From: Scenedesmus sp. PABB004
Taxonomy: Eukaryota
Direction: 5' to 3'
DNA: 64,000 bases
NCBI GenBank assembly: GCA_014905635.1
Contig: CM026547.1
Span: forward strand, 2,790,001-2,854,000
Below are positions 11,354 through 22,701 of the stretch, piece by piece; the first letter of the stretch is position 1; each line of letters begins with the position of its first letter. The notes below the pieces were generated by a model. The model was not told the origin of the DNA and made no database searches. It was given only the letters and a program-made list of their open reading frames with translations. The position numbers and the translations under genes were made by a program.

Positions 11354-13122
11354 GCCGGCTGCGCGACGTGCGCCGCCGCCTGCGCCGCCTGCAGCTGCTG
11401 CAGCTGCTGCAGCTGCTGCAGCTGCAGCTGCTGCACCGCCGCCTGCTGCACGAGGCCCTGCATGCCCGCCGTGCCGGCGCCGCCGCCGCCCGCGCCCGCC
11501 GCGAGCGCCTGCTGCTGCAGCATGCTGTGCAGCTGCTGCTGCATGTAGAGCTGCTCCATCGCCGCCTGCTGCATCGCCGCCTGCTCGAGCTGCAGCTGCT
11601 GCAGCAGCTGCTGCTGGTACGGCGCGCCGCCGTCGCCGCCGAGCAGGCTGTACCCAGCGGGCGCCGAGCCCGCGAGCTTGCCGCCGCCGAGGCTGCCGCT
11701 GAGCTGGTGCGCGAGCGGCGGGGCGTTGCCCGGCAGCGTGCTGGCGAGCATGCCGGCGTCGAGGCCGTAGCTGCTCGCCGCCGCGGCCAGGGCGGCCGCC
11801 TGGTCCAGCGACACGCCCATGCCCGAGCCGGCGCGCAGCAGGCCGCTGCCGCGGCCGTGCGGCAGCGGCACGGGGCTCGTGGCCGACATCTGCCGCCCCA
11901 CGGCGCCCAGGCTGCTCAGCAGCGAGGGGTCGCTGTTGCTGTTCAGCCACGCGCCGCTGCCCAGCGCGCCGCTGCCCAGCGCGCCGCCCTCGTGCAGCAG
12001 GCTGCCGCCGGCGGCGGCGGCGCCGCCGCCGTGCTGCAGCAGGCCGCCGTCGTCGCCCGCGCCGCCGAGCAGCATGAGCTGCGCCGGGCTGGCGCCGCCG
12101 AGCAGCAGGCCCGAGCCGTTCATGCCCGCCGCGGCCGCCGCGGCCGCGGCGGCCATGGCGCTGCCCTGGGCCTGCAGGTAGCCGAGGCCGGCGCCGCTGC
12201 CGGCGTGCGCGAGCCCCCCGTGCGCGCGCGGCGGCGGCGGGGGCGGCGGCGGCGGCGGCGGCGGCGGCGGGGGTGGCACGTCGTGCGGCTCGGGCGTGGG
12301 CGTCGCGGTGGCATAGACGTAGTCGTCCGGCCCCGCCGCCTCGAGGCCGTTGGCCAGGCGCCTGACCTCCTCGTCCTTATGCGCAAAGAAGCAGATCGGG
12401 CGGTCGCAGTTGGGGCCCTGGTTGCAGAGCGACGTCTTGAAGCGGTCGGGGTGCAGCCAGAACTCGACTGCGGCGGCGCGGCGGCGGCGACGGCCGCGCC
12501 GGCGTGGGCGCGCGAGCGCGCGCGCGCGCGCGCCGAGGCCGAGGCGCGGCGGGGCGCGCTGCCCGGGCGCGGCGCCGCGCGCGCACGCGCGCGCGCGCTC
12601 ACAAGGGTTGTGCGCGAACGTGCACTGCTCGCGGCGCGGGCACGAGGCCGCGGTCTTGGCGGGGCAGAGCACCGCGGTGTAGCCGCGCGGGTGGCGGCGG
12701 CGCGCGACCTCGCCGGGGTGGGCGTAGGGGCAGATCTTCCAGTCGTGCCGGTCCTTGCGGCTGCACATCTCGATCTTGAACTTGAACATCAGGAACTCGT
12801 CAGACATCTTGAACACGCGCCCCGGCCGCGACCCCGGCTCGCCCGCGGGCGCCGCCGCGGCGCTGCTGCCGCCGTGCAGGCTCGCGCCGCCGCCGCTGCC
12901 GGAGGAGTAGAGGCTGCCGCCGTGCGCGCTGCCGCCGCCGTGCGCGCCGCCGCCGGCAGAGTAGAGGCTGCCGCCGTGCGCGCTGCCGCCGCCGTGCGCG
13001 CTGCTGCCGCCGTGCGCGCTGCCGCCGTGCGCGCTGCCGCCGCCGTGCGCGCTGCCGCCGCCGGCGGCGCAGCCCGGCGCCTGCTGCTGCGCCCCGGCCG
13101 TGGCTGCGCCTCCGCCGTCCAT
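10822..13122 (-). CDS. Plant-type tandem CCCH zinc-finger (RR-TZF) RNA-binding protein
   Basis: SDEFLMFKFKIEMC..HDWKICPYAHPGEVARRR arginine-rich region followed by two CCCH fingers (C..C..CTFAH; C..C..CFFAH). GT-AG intron 12468-12602. Q/G-rich C-terminus. Confidence 0.9.
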
Positions 13123-13599
13123 GGCGCCCTGGGGCGGGCGGCTTGGGCGCTGCTGCTCAGCTGCTACTGCTGCTGCTCAGCACATCGGCTGCCCCGAGCG
13201 CTCGCTGGCGGCGGGGGCGTCCGACCGACACCTGCGGCGCGGCGTGGGCAAGAGTGAGCCAGGGCGATGCGAGCCGGCGGCCCGGGCGGCCGCGGCGCGC
13301 GGCCGCGGGCGCGGCGGGCGGGGAATGGCGTCGCCCCGCCCGTTCCACGGCGCCGCCGGCCGCGCCGCGCGCTCCGCGATCGCGTTCGCCCCCGGCGAAC
13401 GTGCCCAGGCCAGGACGGGCCGCGGTTGAACGGTTTTCCCCCCGGCCCACGTGGTGCGGCGGGACGCTGCCACATGGCCGCCCCGCAGCAGCGCCGCACG
13501 CGCCCCCGGCGCCCGGGCCGCCACTCCCGGCCCGCTGCCGGCGCGGCGAGGGCCGCGGCGCCCCGCGCCGGCCATAGGAGGGCCCGCCCCCCGCGCGGG

Positions 13600-14849
13600 C
13601 GCTCACATGCACGCGGTGCGGGCGCGGGGGCGTGCCGTGCCCTGCCCGCGCGGGCGCCCGTCCGGTGGGGCGGCCGCGGGTGCTGCCTGCGACGGGAGCT
13701 GGGGCGGGCGTTCGGCGCTCGCCGGCGGGCGAACGCTGGCTCGGCGCGGCTCGCAATGCGGCGGCTGCCCGGATCGGCGGCGTGGGTGCGTCGTGGGCTG
13801 TGCGGACGCGGCGCGGCGCGCCCGGGCGCTCGACCGCGCCGTCACATGGCCGACCCACGTGATTAGGAGGCAGGGTTCTGCGGCCGCGACAGCAGAAAAG
13901 GGCAGCCTCGGCAGCCGACAGTGCCGCCCGTCGCTGGGAAGGCACCTCGCGGGGCGCCGCGCCGGCGCGGGCGCCGCGCTGGCCCGCATCAGGCGCGGCG
14001 ATGGCTTACACCCAGAGGCGCTGGCCACCGGCGCCTTCGCTCAGCCGCCGCGCGGGCCCCGGCGAGGGCTGGCGGCGCCGCGCGTGGCGTGAGATCACGC
14101 GCGGCGGCGCCGGCGGCGCGGCACCGCCGCCGCCGCGGTACGTGCTGCTGACCGTGCGCGGCCCGCGCCAGCTCCTGCCACCGCTCGCCCACGCCACGGT
14201 CCAGCGCTCCTCCGCGTCAGTGAGCCGCAGCTCGAGGGCGCACCCCCGCGCCCTGCTGCTGGCGCCGCGCGCTCACGCCACGGTCCAGCGCTCCTCGAGG
14301 CCCGACTCGGTGAGCTGCAGCTCGAACGCGCCCGCGCGCCCGCTCGCGTGCAGCCAGGCGTCAACCGCCATCACGTCATACGCGTTGGTCACGAGCGCGC
14401 GCCGCGCGCCGAGGGCTGCCATCGACCAGAGGTTGCAGGGCCCGGTGACGCGCACCGTGAAGCCGCCGCCGGGCCCGCCGCCGGGCGCGGGCGCCACGTC
14501 GCCGACCTCGGCGCGCAGCGCGTAGCCCCGGCCCACCATGACGTCCAGCAGCGCGCCCGCCCCGGCCGCGAGCGCCGCCACGTCGGCGCCGCGCGGCGCT
14601 GGCGGCGGGCCGCCAAACTGCTCGCCCCGGAAGCCGTTGCGAAGGCCGTCGTAGATGAGGTCGCCTGCCGCGGCGGCGGCAGCGTGAGCCGGGGGGACGC
14701 GGCGGTGTGTGGGCCGGGCCGGGCCGGGGCGCGGCGGCGGCGGTGGCGGCGGCGCGGCACCTGCGACCCTGAAGAAGCTCTGCGGCAGGGCGGCGTCGTC
14801 GTCAAACTGCGGCGGCCGCGTGACCGTGCGCGTGCCCGACTCGCACGGC
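13600..14849. repeat. Left arm of a 1.25-kb inverted segmental duplication
   Basis: Reverse complement of 17727-18975. The ORF track shows mirror ORFs (14001..14525+ equals 18050..18574-; 13603..14028- matches 18547..18972+). Confidence 0.95.
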
Positions 14850-15873
14850 TCGTCGTCGCCCACGCCCTGGCAGTCCTCATAGTACTCCTGCGCCCCACAG
14901 CGGCACCGCCCGCGGCGGCGGGAGCGGCTCGCGGCTGCCCGTGGTCGCAGTGGCGCGTGCGCGCGCGCGCGCGCGAGGCGCGCGCCGCGGCGCGCCGCCG
15001 CCGCCGGCGGCGCGGGCGCCACCTGGAAGACGTGAGCTGGGCGCCGCATCTCCTGGGAGATGGCCGCGTACTGCGCGAAGCTGATGAAGTCCAGGTAGAG
15101 GGGGTCTGCTCCGCGGCAGCGGCGGCGGCGCCCGGCGCTCGAGGCGGCGGCGGCGGCCGGGGCGGCGGCAGGCCGGCGGGAGGGCCGAGGCGGGAGCGAG
15201 GGGGCGGCGCCGGCCGGCCGCGCCCGCGGCGCACCCGTGAGGTCGCCCTGCCGCATGCGCAGCGGCGCGTACAGCAGGTTGTAGCCCTCCAGCTCGCTCT
15301 GCCGCAGCTTCCAAAAGTTGGCCTCAAACGTCTGCCGCGGGACAAAGTCTGCAAGCGGCGCCCGCGGGCGGCGCTCGCCGCCAGCGCCGGCGCGGCGGCG
15401 CTGGCGCCCGGCGCTTGCGTACCGAGCGCGTCCATCGCGTCGTAGCCGCTGCGCATCAGCAGCACCGCGAATCGCTGGTCAAGGTTGCCGCGCGGGAAGC
15501 GCACCGGCTCCGGCTGCAGCGGCAGGCCCGCGAGCGGGAACGGCAGCGCGCGGGCGAGCGCGCCGGCGAGGCCCGGCGCGGGCGCGACGTCCGGGACCGC
15601 CGCCTGCGCCGCGCGCGGCAACGCCAGGCCAGCGCCAGCGCCGGCGAGGCCCGCCAGCAGCGCGCGCCTGCTGCTGCCGCTTCTGCTGCCGCCGCCGCGC
15701 CTCGCCGCGCCTCGCTGCTGCCGCCGCGCCTCGCTGTTGCGCGCGTCGCTGCTGGTGCGCTCGCCACTGGCGCCGCCGCCGCCGCTTATGCTGCCGCGCC
15801 CGCCGCCGCCGCCGCTGCTGCGCGCATCGCCGCTGGCGCCGCGAGCACACTGCGCGCTCGCACACAGGCGCAT
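14273..15873 (-). CDS. Thylakoid-lumen-type protein of unknown function (twin-arginine bipartite signal), 5 exons
   Basis: Transit peptide then RRALLAGLAGAGAGLALPRAAQA (RR, hydrophobic stretch, AxA). Exons splice to FAVLLMRSGYDAMDAL|DFVP..QGDLT|DPLYLDFISFAQY..|EYYEDC..|GDLIYDG..EERWTVA*. TGTAA on the minus strand at 14006-14010. Confidence 0.8.
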
Positions 15874-16208
15874 GGCTGCGCGGGGATCGGCTGGCCTGCC
15901 GATCGCCGGCCCCGAGCAGAGCAGCAGCGAGGCGTGTGGCTGGGAGCTGCTGCGCGGCGACAGGACCGGCCCGGCGTGGCGTGACGGCGCTTCGTCGTCC
16001 TGAGTGCACGCAGAGCGTCGGCGCGCGCGACCAGAAGGCAGTCGTCGGGGTCCCATCGCAGCGCAACCGCTGGGCTTCCTCTCCATGCACGCCCGTGGAG
16101 CGCGCGCCGCGCTGGAGCATCACGCCCGCGACGCACGCTCCCGTGACGCCTCTCGCCGTGCCATTATAGGTCGCGCCGCGCCTGCATCTTCGGCCGCGCA
16201 GCAGCAGG

Positions 16209-17534
16209 ATGGCTCGCTCGCGCACCGTGCGTCGCTGGGGCTCGGGCGCTGGTCCACAGGCTGGCCGCTATGCCCTCAAGCTGGCGCGACCGAGCGCGCG
16301 CGCTCGCTGCGCTCAGTCGCGCGGCCCCGCCCTTTCGCGCGCAGGCGACGCTGGTGCTGCTGGCAGCCGTGGCCGTCCACGCAGGTGAGCGGCACGAACG
16401 ACAGCACCCGCGTCTTGCATGCTCCAGCCGCGCGCGCAGCGCCTGCCGCGCCGCGAGCAGCCCGCCCGGCTGCAAAGCGCGGCAGCGCCGGGCACGCAGC
16501 GCCCGCGGCGGGGCGGGCCGCAGCTGCGCGCAGTGAGTAAGCGCCCGGGGCCCCTGCACAGCCTGGGGCGGCGCCGCCGCCGGCGGCCGGCGGCGCGCGC
16601 CGTACCGCTGCGAGTCCACGCCGCCGCGCTGTGGACGTGCCCCACGCCCCCGCGCCGCAGTGCACGGCAAGGTGTTTGAGGTCGTCTGGGACGTCCCCTC
16701 CAATGGCCTGATCCTGCCCAGCGTGTCCACCGCCAAGTGCGGCGACGTCGTGCGCTTCAAGTGCCCGCCCGGCGCCGTGCACGGCGTGTATCGCATGACC
16801 AGCGGTGCGCGGCGCCCCCACCGCGGCGGCGGCTCGCGGCGCGCGGGCGCGGGCACGGGGGCGGCTCGCGGCGCGCGTGCGCGGGCGCGGGCGCGGGGGC
16901 GGCTCGTCCAGGGGCGGCGCGCGCGCCGCCGGCGCCGGCGGCGCGCGCTCACCTGGCGGCCCGGCCGGCGCGCGCGCCGGCGCGCGCGCTTGCGCGCGCA
17001 GTCGACGGCGCCTGCCCCAAGAGCTTCGACCTTCCCTCCGCGGGCGTGGTGCTGTCGGCGCCGACGGCGGGCTGCGACTTCAGCATCACCCTCGGCGACG
17101 AGCCCGACTTTTTCGTGACGAGCCAGGCGGGCGACGCGTGCGCGCAGAACCTCAAGCTCAACGTCCACAGCGTGTGCCCCCAGACCACGGGCACCTCCGC
17201 GAGCGCCGTGCTGGGCATGGGCAGCGAGGCGAGCCTCAACGGCGGCCTGCTCGGCCGCATGCCCGGCACGCTCGGCGCGGGCGTCATCACGCCCGGCAGC
17301 GCGCTCGCGAGCGCGATGGGCGGCGCGGGCGGCGTCGAGGCGCGCCGCAGCAGCCTCGGCCTCGCGCCCTCGGGCGCGCCGGGCCTGCCCGAGGGGGGCG
17401 TGGCGCCGATGATGGAGGAGAGCGACGAGCTGCTGGGCATGGAGGCGGGGTCGATGAACGGCGCGGCGGCGCGCGGCGCGCTGCCCCTGGCGGCCGTGCT
17501 GCTCGCGGGCGCCGCCTCCGCGCTCGTGCTGTGA
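16209..17534 (+). CDS. Secreted, probably GPI-anchored phytocyanin/early-nodulin-like cupredoxin-fold protein
   Basis: Introns 16227-16344, 16385-16660 and 16805-17001 give MARSRTATLVLLAAVAVHAVHG-KVFEVVW..GDVVRF..HGVY..C..FFVTSQAGDACAQNLKL. G/S/P-rich stalk and a hydrophobic C-terminus (LPLAAVLLAGAASALVL*). Confidence 0.7.
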
Positions 17535-17726
17535 GTCGGCGCCGGCGGCCGCGGGCAGAGTGGCAGCTGGCGGGCTAGGGGGAGGGGAAGGCAGTGCAGG
17601 TGGCGGGAGGCGGGGTTGTGCCTGCGCTGAAACAGTGCGCGGCAGCTTCGTTGCGCGGAAACTCAACCTGCGCGCGATCACCCCGCACGCCCCGCACCGT
17701 GCCTGAGCCGCACGCCCGGGGCGCAC

Positions 17727-18302
17727 GCCGTGCGAGTCGGGCACGCGCACGGTCACGCGGCCGCCGCAGTTTGACGACGACGCCGCGCTGCCGCAGAGCT
17801 TCTTCAGGGGCGCAGGTGCCGCGCCGCCGCCACCGCCGCCGCCGCGCCCCGGCCCGGCCCGGCCCACACACCGCCGCGTCCCCCGGCTCACGCCGCCGCC
17901 GCCGCGGCAGGCGACCTCATCTACGACGGCCTTCGCAACGGCTTCCGGGGCGAGCAGTTTGGCGGCCCGCCGCCAGCGCCGCGCGGCGCCGACGTGGCGG
18001 CGCTCGCGGCCGGGGCGGGCGCGCTGCTGGACGTCATGGTGGGCCGGGGCTACGCGCTGCGCGCCGAGGTCGGCGACGTGGCGCCCGCGCCCGGCGGCGG
18101 GCCCGGCGGCGGCTTCACGGTGCGCGTCACCGGGCCCTGCAACCTCTGGTCGATGGCAGCCCTCGGCGCGCGGCGCGCGCTCGTGACCAACGCGTATGAC
18201 GTGATGGCGGTTGACGCCTGGCTGCACGCGAGCGGGCGCGCGGGCGCGTTCGAGCTGCAGCTCACCGAGTCGGGCCTCGAGGAGCGCTGGACCGTGGCGT
18301 GA
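17727..18302 (+). pseudogene. 5'-truncated copy of the lumen-protein gene (part of exon 4, intron, last exon)
   Basis: Encodes PCESGTRTVTRPPQFDDD..|GDLIYDG..EERWTVA*, matching the 3' half of 14273-15873. It begins mid-exon, with no upstream exons or start. Confidence 0.85.
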
Positions 18303-18975
18303 GCGCGCGGCGCCAGCAGCAGGGCGCGGGGGTGCGCCCTCGAGCTGCGGCTCACTGACGCGGAGGAGCGCTGGACCGTGGCGTGGGCGAGCGGTGGCAG
18401 GAGCTGGCGCGGGCCGCGCACGGTCAGCAGCACGTACCGCGGCGGCGGCGGTGCCGCGCCGCCGGCGCCGCCGCGCGTGATCTCACGCCACGCGCGGCGC
18501 CGCCAGCCCTCGCCGGGGCCCGCGCGGCGGCTGAGCGAAGGCGCCGGTGGCCAGCGCCTCTGGGTGTAAGCCATCGCCGCGCCTGATGCGGGCCAGCGCG
18601 GCGCCCGCGCCGGCGCGGCGCCCCGCGAGGTGCCTTCCCAGCGACGGGCGGCACTGTCGGCTGCCGAGGCTGCCCTTTTCTGCTGTCGCGGCCGCAGAAC
18701 CCTGCCTCCTAATCACGTGGGTCGGCCATGTGACGGCGCGGTCGAGCGCCCGGGCGCGCCGCGCCGCGTCCGCACAGCCCACGACGCACCCACGCCGCCG
18801 AGCCGGGCAGCCGCCGCATTGCGAGCCGCGCCGAGCCAGCGTTCGCCCGCCGGCGAGCGCCGAACGCCCGCCCCAGCTCCCGTCGCAGGCAGCACCCGCG
18901 GCCGCCCCACCGGACGGGCGCCCGCGCGGGCAGGGCACGGCACGCCCCCGCGCCCGCACCGCGTGCATGTGAGCG
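17727..18975. repeat. Right arm of the 1.25-kb inverted segmental duplication
   Basis: Reverse complement of 13600-14849, with four differences seen by eye. Confidence 0.95.
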
Positions 18976-19245
18976 GCGCCACCGAGCCTGGCCAGCCAGT
19001 GGGGGTCGGGCGGGCTCCTCTGGCCGACGGCGGCTTGGGGTCTAGCGTGGGCACTGGGCCCCGCGCTTTGAAGCCTGGCGGCGAACGCGACAGAACTCCA
19101 GCGGGGTTGCCCGCCAGAGTGAGCGCCGGCGAGCCCTCTGCACGGGACGCCTTGCTGCGGACGCTGCAGCGCCCCGCTGGCGAGCAGGGCTTGCTGCTGA
19201 TGCAGCAGCGGCGCGGCGCTGCCTGAGCACCACGCGGGCGCAGAG

Positions 19246-20893
19246 ATGGCCTGGCGGCGGTGCAGCGGTGGCGCTGCGCCATGCAGCTCGCTGCGGCCGC
19301 CCCCGTCCTGCCAGGCGGCCGCGCGGGCGCGGGCGCGAGCTGCTGGTGTGCCGCGCGCCCACAACAGCAACGGTGCGCGGCCCAGGGCGCCCGGGCGGCG
19401 CGCACACGTGCTCCAGGCCGGCCGGACAGGCCGCCGGGCGCGCTGCGCGGCACGGCGCCGCGCGGCGCCCGCGCACGCCGGCGCTCGCCGCCGCTGCTGT
19501 GCGCGCGCAGGCGGCAAGGCGCTCGACGTGGTCGGCCTGTCCAACCTGTGCGTGGACGTGGTGATCAACGTGCCGGAGCTGCCGCCGGACGACCCCGCGG
19601 CGCGCGCGGCGCTGCTGTCGCAGCTCGCGGCGGCGCCGCCGGACGAGGGCGCGTGGGAGCTCGGCGGCAACTGCAACTTCATGATCGCCGCCGCACGCCT
19701 GGGCATGCGCGTCGGCAGCATCGGCCACGCCGGCGACGACGCGCCGGGGCGGTACATGGACCGCGTGCTCGCCGCGGAGCGCATCGCCGCGATCACGCGC
19801 GTCACGCCGCCGCCCGCCGCGGCCGCCGCGGCCGCCGCCGCGGCCGACGCGACGCTGCTCTGCTTCGTCCTGGTCGACCCCGCGGGGCGGCACGCCTTCT
19901 GCTCGCGCTACGACTTTGGGCCCTGGCCGCTGCTCGCCGGCGTGCGCAGCCTGCCGCCGTCGGTCGAGCAGGTGCTGCGCTCCACGTCGGCGGTCTTCAC
20001 CAACGGCTTTGTCTTTGACGAGCTGCCGCTGGACCTGGTCAAGGCGGCCATCGCCACCGCGAGCGAGGCGGGCGCGGCGGTGCTCTTCGACCCGGGTGCG
20101 GCGCCGGGCGCGCGGCGGGCAGGGAGCGAGGGACGGCGCGGCCGCGCTGGCGCGCTGGCGCGGCGCGATGACGCGGCGCATGCGCGCGGGCCCGCCCGGG
20201 CGCACAGGGCCGCGCGCGTTCACGATGCGGAGCGGCAGCCGGCGCGCCGCGCTGGACGCGCTGATGGACCTGTCTGACGTCATCCTCATGACCCAGGCGC
20301 GGCGGCGAGGGAGGGAAGGGAGGGGAGGGAACGCCCCGCGCCCCCGGCGCACAAAACCCCCGCCGCGCGGCGCCGCCCGACCCCGCCGCGCCCGCCCGCG
20401 CGCGCCGCAGGAGGAGGCGGTGGAGGTGACGGGCCTGGCTGACCCGCAGGCCGCGGCGGAGGCGGTGCTCGCGCGGCCCGGCGCGCGCACCGAGTGGTGC
20501 GTGGTGAAGCTGGGCGGCGAGGGCGCGCTGCTCGTCACAAAGTCGCCCGAGCAGCAGGTCTTCCGCGCCGGCGCGTTCAAGGTGACCGTGGCGGACACGG
20601 TGGGCTGCGGCGACAGCTTTGCCGCGGCGATCGTGCTGGGCTACACGCGCAGCCACGACGTGCACGCGACGCTGCTGCTCGCCAACGCGGTCGGCGCGGC
20701 GACCGCGATGGGCCGCGGCGCGGGCACCAACGTTGCCGACGCGCCCACGGTGCTGTCGCTGCTCGCGGCCGCGCGCGGCGCGGCGGCCGGCGCGGCGGAG
20801 CGGGCTGACGTGGACAACGCGCTGGCCATCCTGCAGGGCTCGCTGGGCGCGGCCGACGTGGGCGGCAAGCAGGCCGCCGCGCGCGCGGCGTGA
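19246..20893 (+). CDS. pfkB/ribokinase-family kinase, plastid-targeted (resembles the plant plastid nucleoside kinase type)
   Basis: DVVGLSNLCVD, WELGGNCNFMIAAARLG, LFDPG, VVKLGGEG and the anion-hole motif DTVGCGDSF. Transit-peptide-like exon 1; three introns. Confidence 0.9.
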
Positions 20894-21109
20894 GCGTGGT
20901 GTTGCCCTCTGTGACACGCGCACTGCCCCCCGCGCACGCACCGCGCACGCACCGCCCCCGCGCGCCGCGCCCGCGCGCGCCGCGATGCGCCACCCCCGCG
21001 CCCGCCCCCACGCACACACCGCCCCCGCGCCCGCGCGCGCCGCGACGCGCCGCCCCCGCCGGGGCGGCCGGGGCGCCGCGGCTGCGGCAGGCGCCCCGCC
21101 CCGCGCGCG

Positions 21110-22701
21110 TCAGGGGAGGCGTGGGAAGCGGGTGAAGTCGGGGCGCCGCTGCTCGAGGTACGCGGCGCGGCCCTCGTTGCCCTCCTCGCTCTGATAGAAC
21201 AGCAGCGTCGCGTCGCCGCCGAGCTGCTGGATGCCCGCCTGCCCGTCCTCCGCCGCGTTGAGCGCCGACTTGAGCAGCCGCAGCGCGGTCGGGCTGTTGC
21301 GCACGACCTCGCGGCACCACGCGAGCGTCTCCGCCTCGAGCTCTGCCAGCGGCACGACCTGCGGCGCGGGCGCGCGCCCGCCCGGGCGTGGGCGCGCGCG
21401 GCTGCTGGAGGGCCGCGCGGCGGCTGCTTGCGGCTGCGCAGCGCGGGTCAGAGGGTCAGAGGGTCAGAGGGTCAGAGGGTCAGAGGGTCAGAGGGTCAGA
21501 GGGTCAGAGGGTCAGAGGCAGCGGCGCACCTTGTTGACGAGTCCCATGTCTGCCGCTGCCTGTGCGTCGTAGAGGCGCGCGAGGAACCACATCTCCCGCG
21601 CCTTCTTCTGGCCCACGAGGCGCGCCATGTGGGTGGAGCCGTAGCCCGCGTCAAAGCTGCCGACCTTGGGGCCGGTCTGGCCAAACACCGCGTTGTCGGC
21701 GGCGATCTAGGGGGGAGGCAGTGAGGAGGGACGGTGCAGTGAGGCAGGCGGGCGAGCGGTGGGCCGCGGTCAGAGAGGAGCCAGGCTCGCAGCCAGCACC
21801 CCCCCCCCGGCCGACCGCCGCGCTGACCGTGATGTCGCAGACCATGTGCAGCACATGGCCGCCGCCGACCGCGTAGCCCGCGACCATCGCGATGACGGGC
21901 TTGGGCAGCCGCCGGATCTGCATCTGCGCGCGCACGCGCCGGGCGGCTCAGCGGCGCGCCGCTGGCCGCCGCGCCGCCGTGCCGCCCCGCCGCCGCCGCT
22001 CTGCGCCGCGCCGCACCTGCAGGTCCAGGACGTTGAGCCGCGGCACGCTGTCCTCGCCCACGTACCCGCCCTTGCCGCGCACGGACTGGTCGCCGCCGCT
22101 GCAGAACGCGAGCGGGCCCTCGCCCGTCAGGATGACCACGCCGACCTTGGGGTCGTCCCGGGCGTCGGTGAAGCACCGCGACATCTCCGTCACTGCGCGC
22201 GCGCGGGCGCCCCGGCAGGCCGCGTCGGCGCGGCGGCGCGGCGCAGCCAGGCGCGAGCCGCAAGCTGGCTGCTGCGGCCAGCCCCGAGCCGCCGCCGCCC
22301 CCGCCGCGCGCACCCGTGCGGGGCGTGAACGCGTTACGCTTCTCTGGCCGGTTGATGGTGATCTGGGCGCGGCGGCGGGGGCCGTCGGCGGCGCGCGGCG
22401 GCCGGCGCGGCGCGGCAGCAGCGGCGCCGCGCACCTTTGCGAAGCCTTCGTCCGATTTCTCGTACTTGACCTCGCTCAGCTCCTCGCGACCCAGAGAGGG
22501 CACCCTCCGCCACGCGGTGGGCGCGCGGGAGACCTCGCCGTGCACGCGCGCGTAGCTGGAGGGCGCGCCAGTGGCGCTCGCGAAGCTCGGCCCCGGCGCG
22601 CCGCCCCCGGCGCAGGGCGCGCGCCGCAAGGCGGTCGGGGCGCTGCTCGTGCTGGCCAGCTGGCCCTCCAGCACGCGCAGGCGGCGCGCAGCCTCGTCCA
22701 T
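21110..22701 (-). CDS. MENB: 1,4-dihydroxy-2-naphthoyl-CoA synthase (phylloquinone pathway), with PTS2
   Basis: [57 protein letters not shown] and C-terminal [12 protein letters not shown]. The N-terminal RLRVLEGQL fits PTS2 (RLx5QL). Confidence 0.95.
21445..21516. repeat. (GGGTCAGA)9 minisatellite in the last MENB intron
   Basis: Nine perfect 8-nt units inside intron 21359-21529. Confidence 0.95.

Noticed and set aside
16161..16170. TATAAT on the minus strand as a bacterial -10 box
   Set aside because: The context is eukaryotic. At most it is a TATA-like element in the divergent promoter region, which cannot be supported without TSS data.
13600..18975. Inverted arms as terminal inverted repeats of a DNA transposon (Pack-MULE or foldback type)
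   Set aside because: The arms consist of host exon, intron and UTR sequence. No target-site duplication is visible at 13599/18976 and there is no transposase in the spacer.
21445..21516. CRISPR-like or telomeric array
   Set aside because: There are no spacers, the unit is only 8 nt, and it does not match TTTAGGG-type telomere repeats.
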